A stretch of 63,302 nt of DNA, filler included, from Octopus bimaculoides (taxonomy: Eukaryota): NCBI RefSeq assembly GCF_001194135.2. It is 5 parts of 5 records of this genome, joined end to end, with 100 filler letters (N's around TTAATTAATTAA, not from the genome) between each part and the next. Parts side by side here need not be neighbours in the genome. Positions count along the whole stretch, not along the records: positions 61,220 to 63,302 come from NW_026320989.1; 4 more parts are not named here. One strand, given 5' to 3'. Under the pieces are notes generated by a model. The model searched no databases, was not told where the DNA came from, and worked only from the letters and a program-made list of their open reading frames with translations. This document shows, in pieces, positions 62,548 through 63,302 of this stretch (the first letter of the stretch is position 1; each line of letters opens with the position of its first letter). The position numbers and the translations under genes are program-made.

Positions 62548-62700
62548 ACAGGCTTCTTTCCATTTCCATCTACCAAATCTACTCACAAGGCTCTGGTTTC
62601 CCAAGGTTATAGTAGAAGACACTTGCCCAAGGTGCCAGGTAGTGGAGCTGAACCCAGAACCATGTGGTTGGTAAGTAAGCTATTTACAATATGGCCACTC
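62345..62700 (-). mobile_element. SINE family B with internal (TA)n
   Basis: TTTCAGTCATTTGACTGCGGC ... CCATGTGGTTGGTAAGTAAGC. Confidence 0.85.
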
Positions 62701-62733
<33 letters not shown>

Positions 62734-62917
62734 CACACACACACACATATATATATATACATATATGTATACATATATATATATATATGGACATACATAT
62801 ATATACACATATACATATATATACATACATATATAAATATACATATATATACATACATATATACATATACATATATACATACATACACATATATACATAT
62901 ATCTATACATATATCTA

Positions 62918-62969
<52 letters not shown>

Positions 62970-63302
62970 NNNNNNNNNNATATATATATACATATATATA
63001 AATATATATATATATACATATATAAAAATATATATATATACATCCATATATATATACATACATACATATATACATATATATATATATACATATATACACA
63101 TATACATACATGCATACAAATATTTATATACATGTATATATACATATATATATACATACATACACATATATATGTGCGTGTGTTGCATGTGTGTGTATGT
63201 AAGTATATAAGTATATATTTATATATATATATATGGACATATGCATTTATACATAAATGTATTGATGCATAGTTATATAGAAAGAAACATACACACACAC
63301 AC
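62701..63302. repeat. Degenerate (TA)/(CA)/(TACA) low-complexity tract
   Basis: Direct reading; source of the I/Y/T/H ORFs. Confidence 0.95.

Overview
AT-rich, microsatellite-saturated animal genomic DNA with many N gaps. The repeat content resembles coleoid cephalopod (Octopus-like) DNA; this is inference from the repeat families. The only host gene I can support is two + strand coding exons of hydroxyacylglutathione hydrolase / glyoxalase II (HAGH; 52695-52759 and 54056-54173), which together encode the THHHWDH metal-binding motif. Its other exons were not found. Almost everything else is mobile DNA. This comprises three tRNA-headed SINE families (A, B, E), RTE-related non-autonomous elements, a near-full-length decayed RTE LINE, an RTE-like LINE with a 5' inversion, Tx1/L1 and Dong/R4 fragments, four mariner remnants, a Helitron-like end, a composite TIR element with an 8-bp TSD, and two Penelope-like elements (PLEs). 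The most notable signals are (i) two type I hammerhead ribozyme cores on the minus strand (47833-47943, 55171-55281), both with unusually long AT-rich hairpin extensions of stem II, and (ii) a PLE with an almost identical inverted terminal copy that also preserves the empty site of a SINE insertion. Most ORF-track entries are microsatellite or N-gap artefacts. Coordinates of degenerate repeats are approximate (about +/-10-20 nt). All alignments were done by eye.
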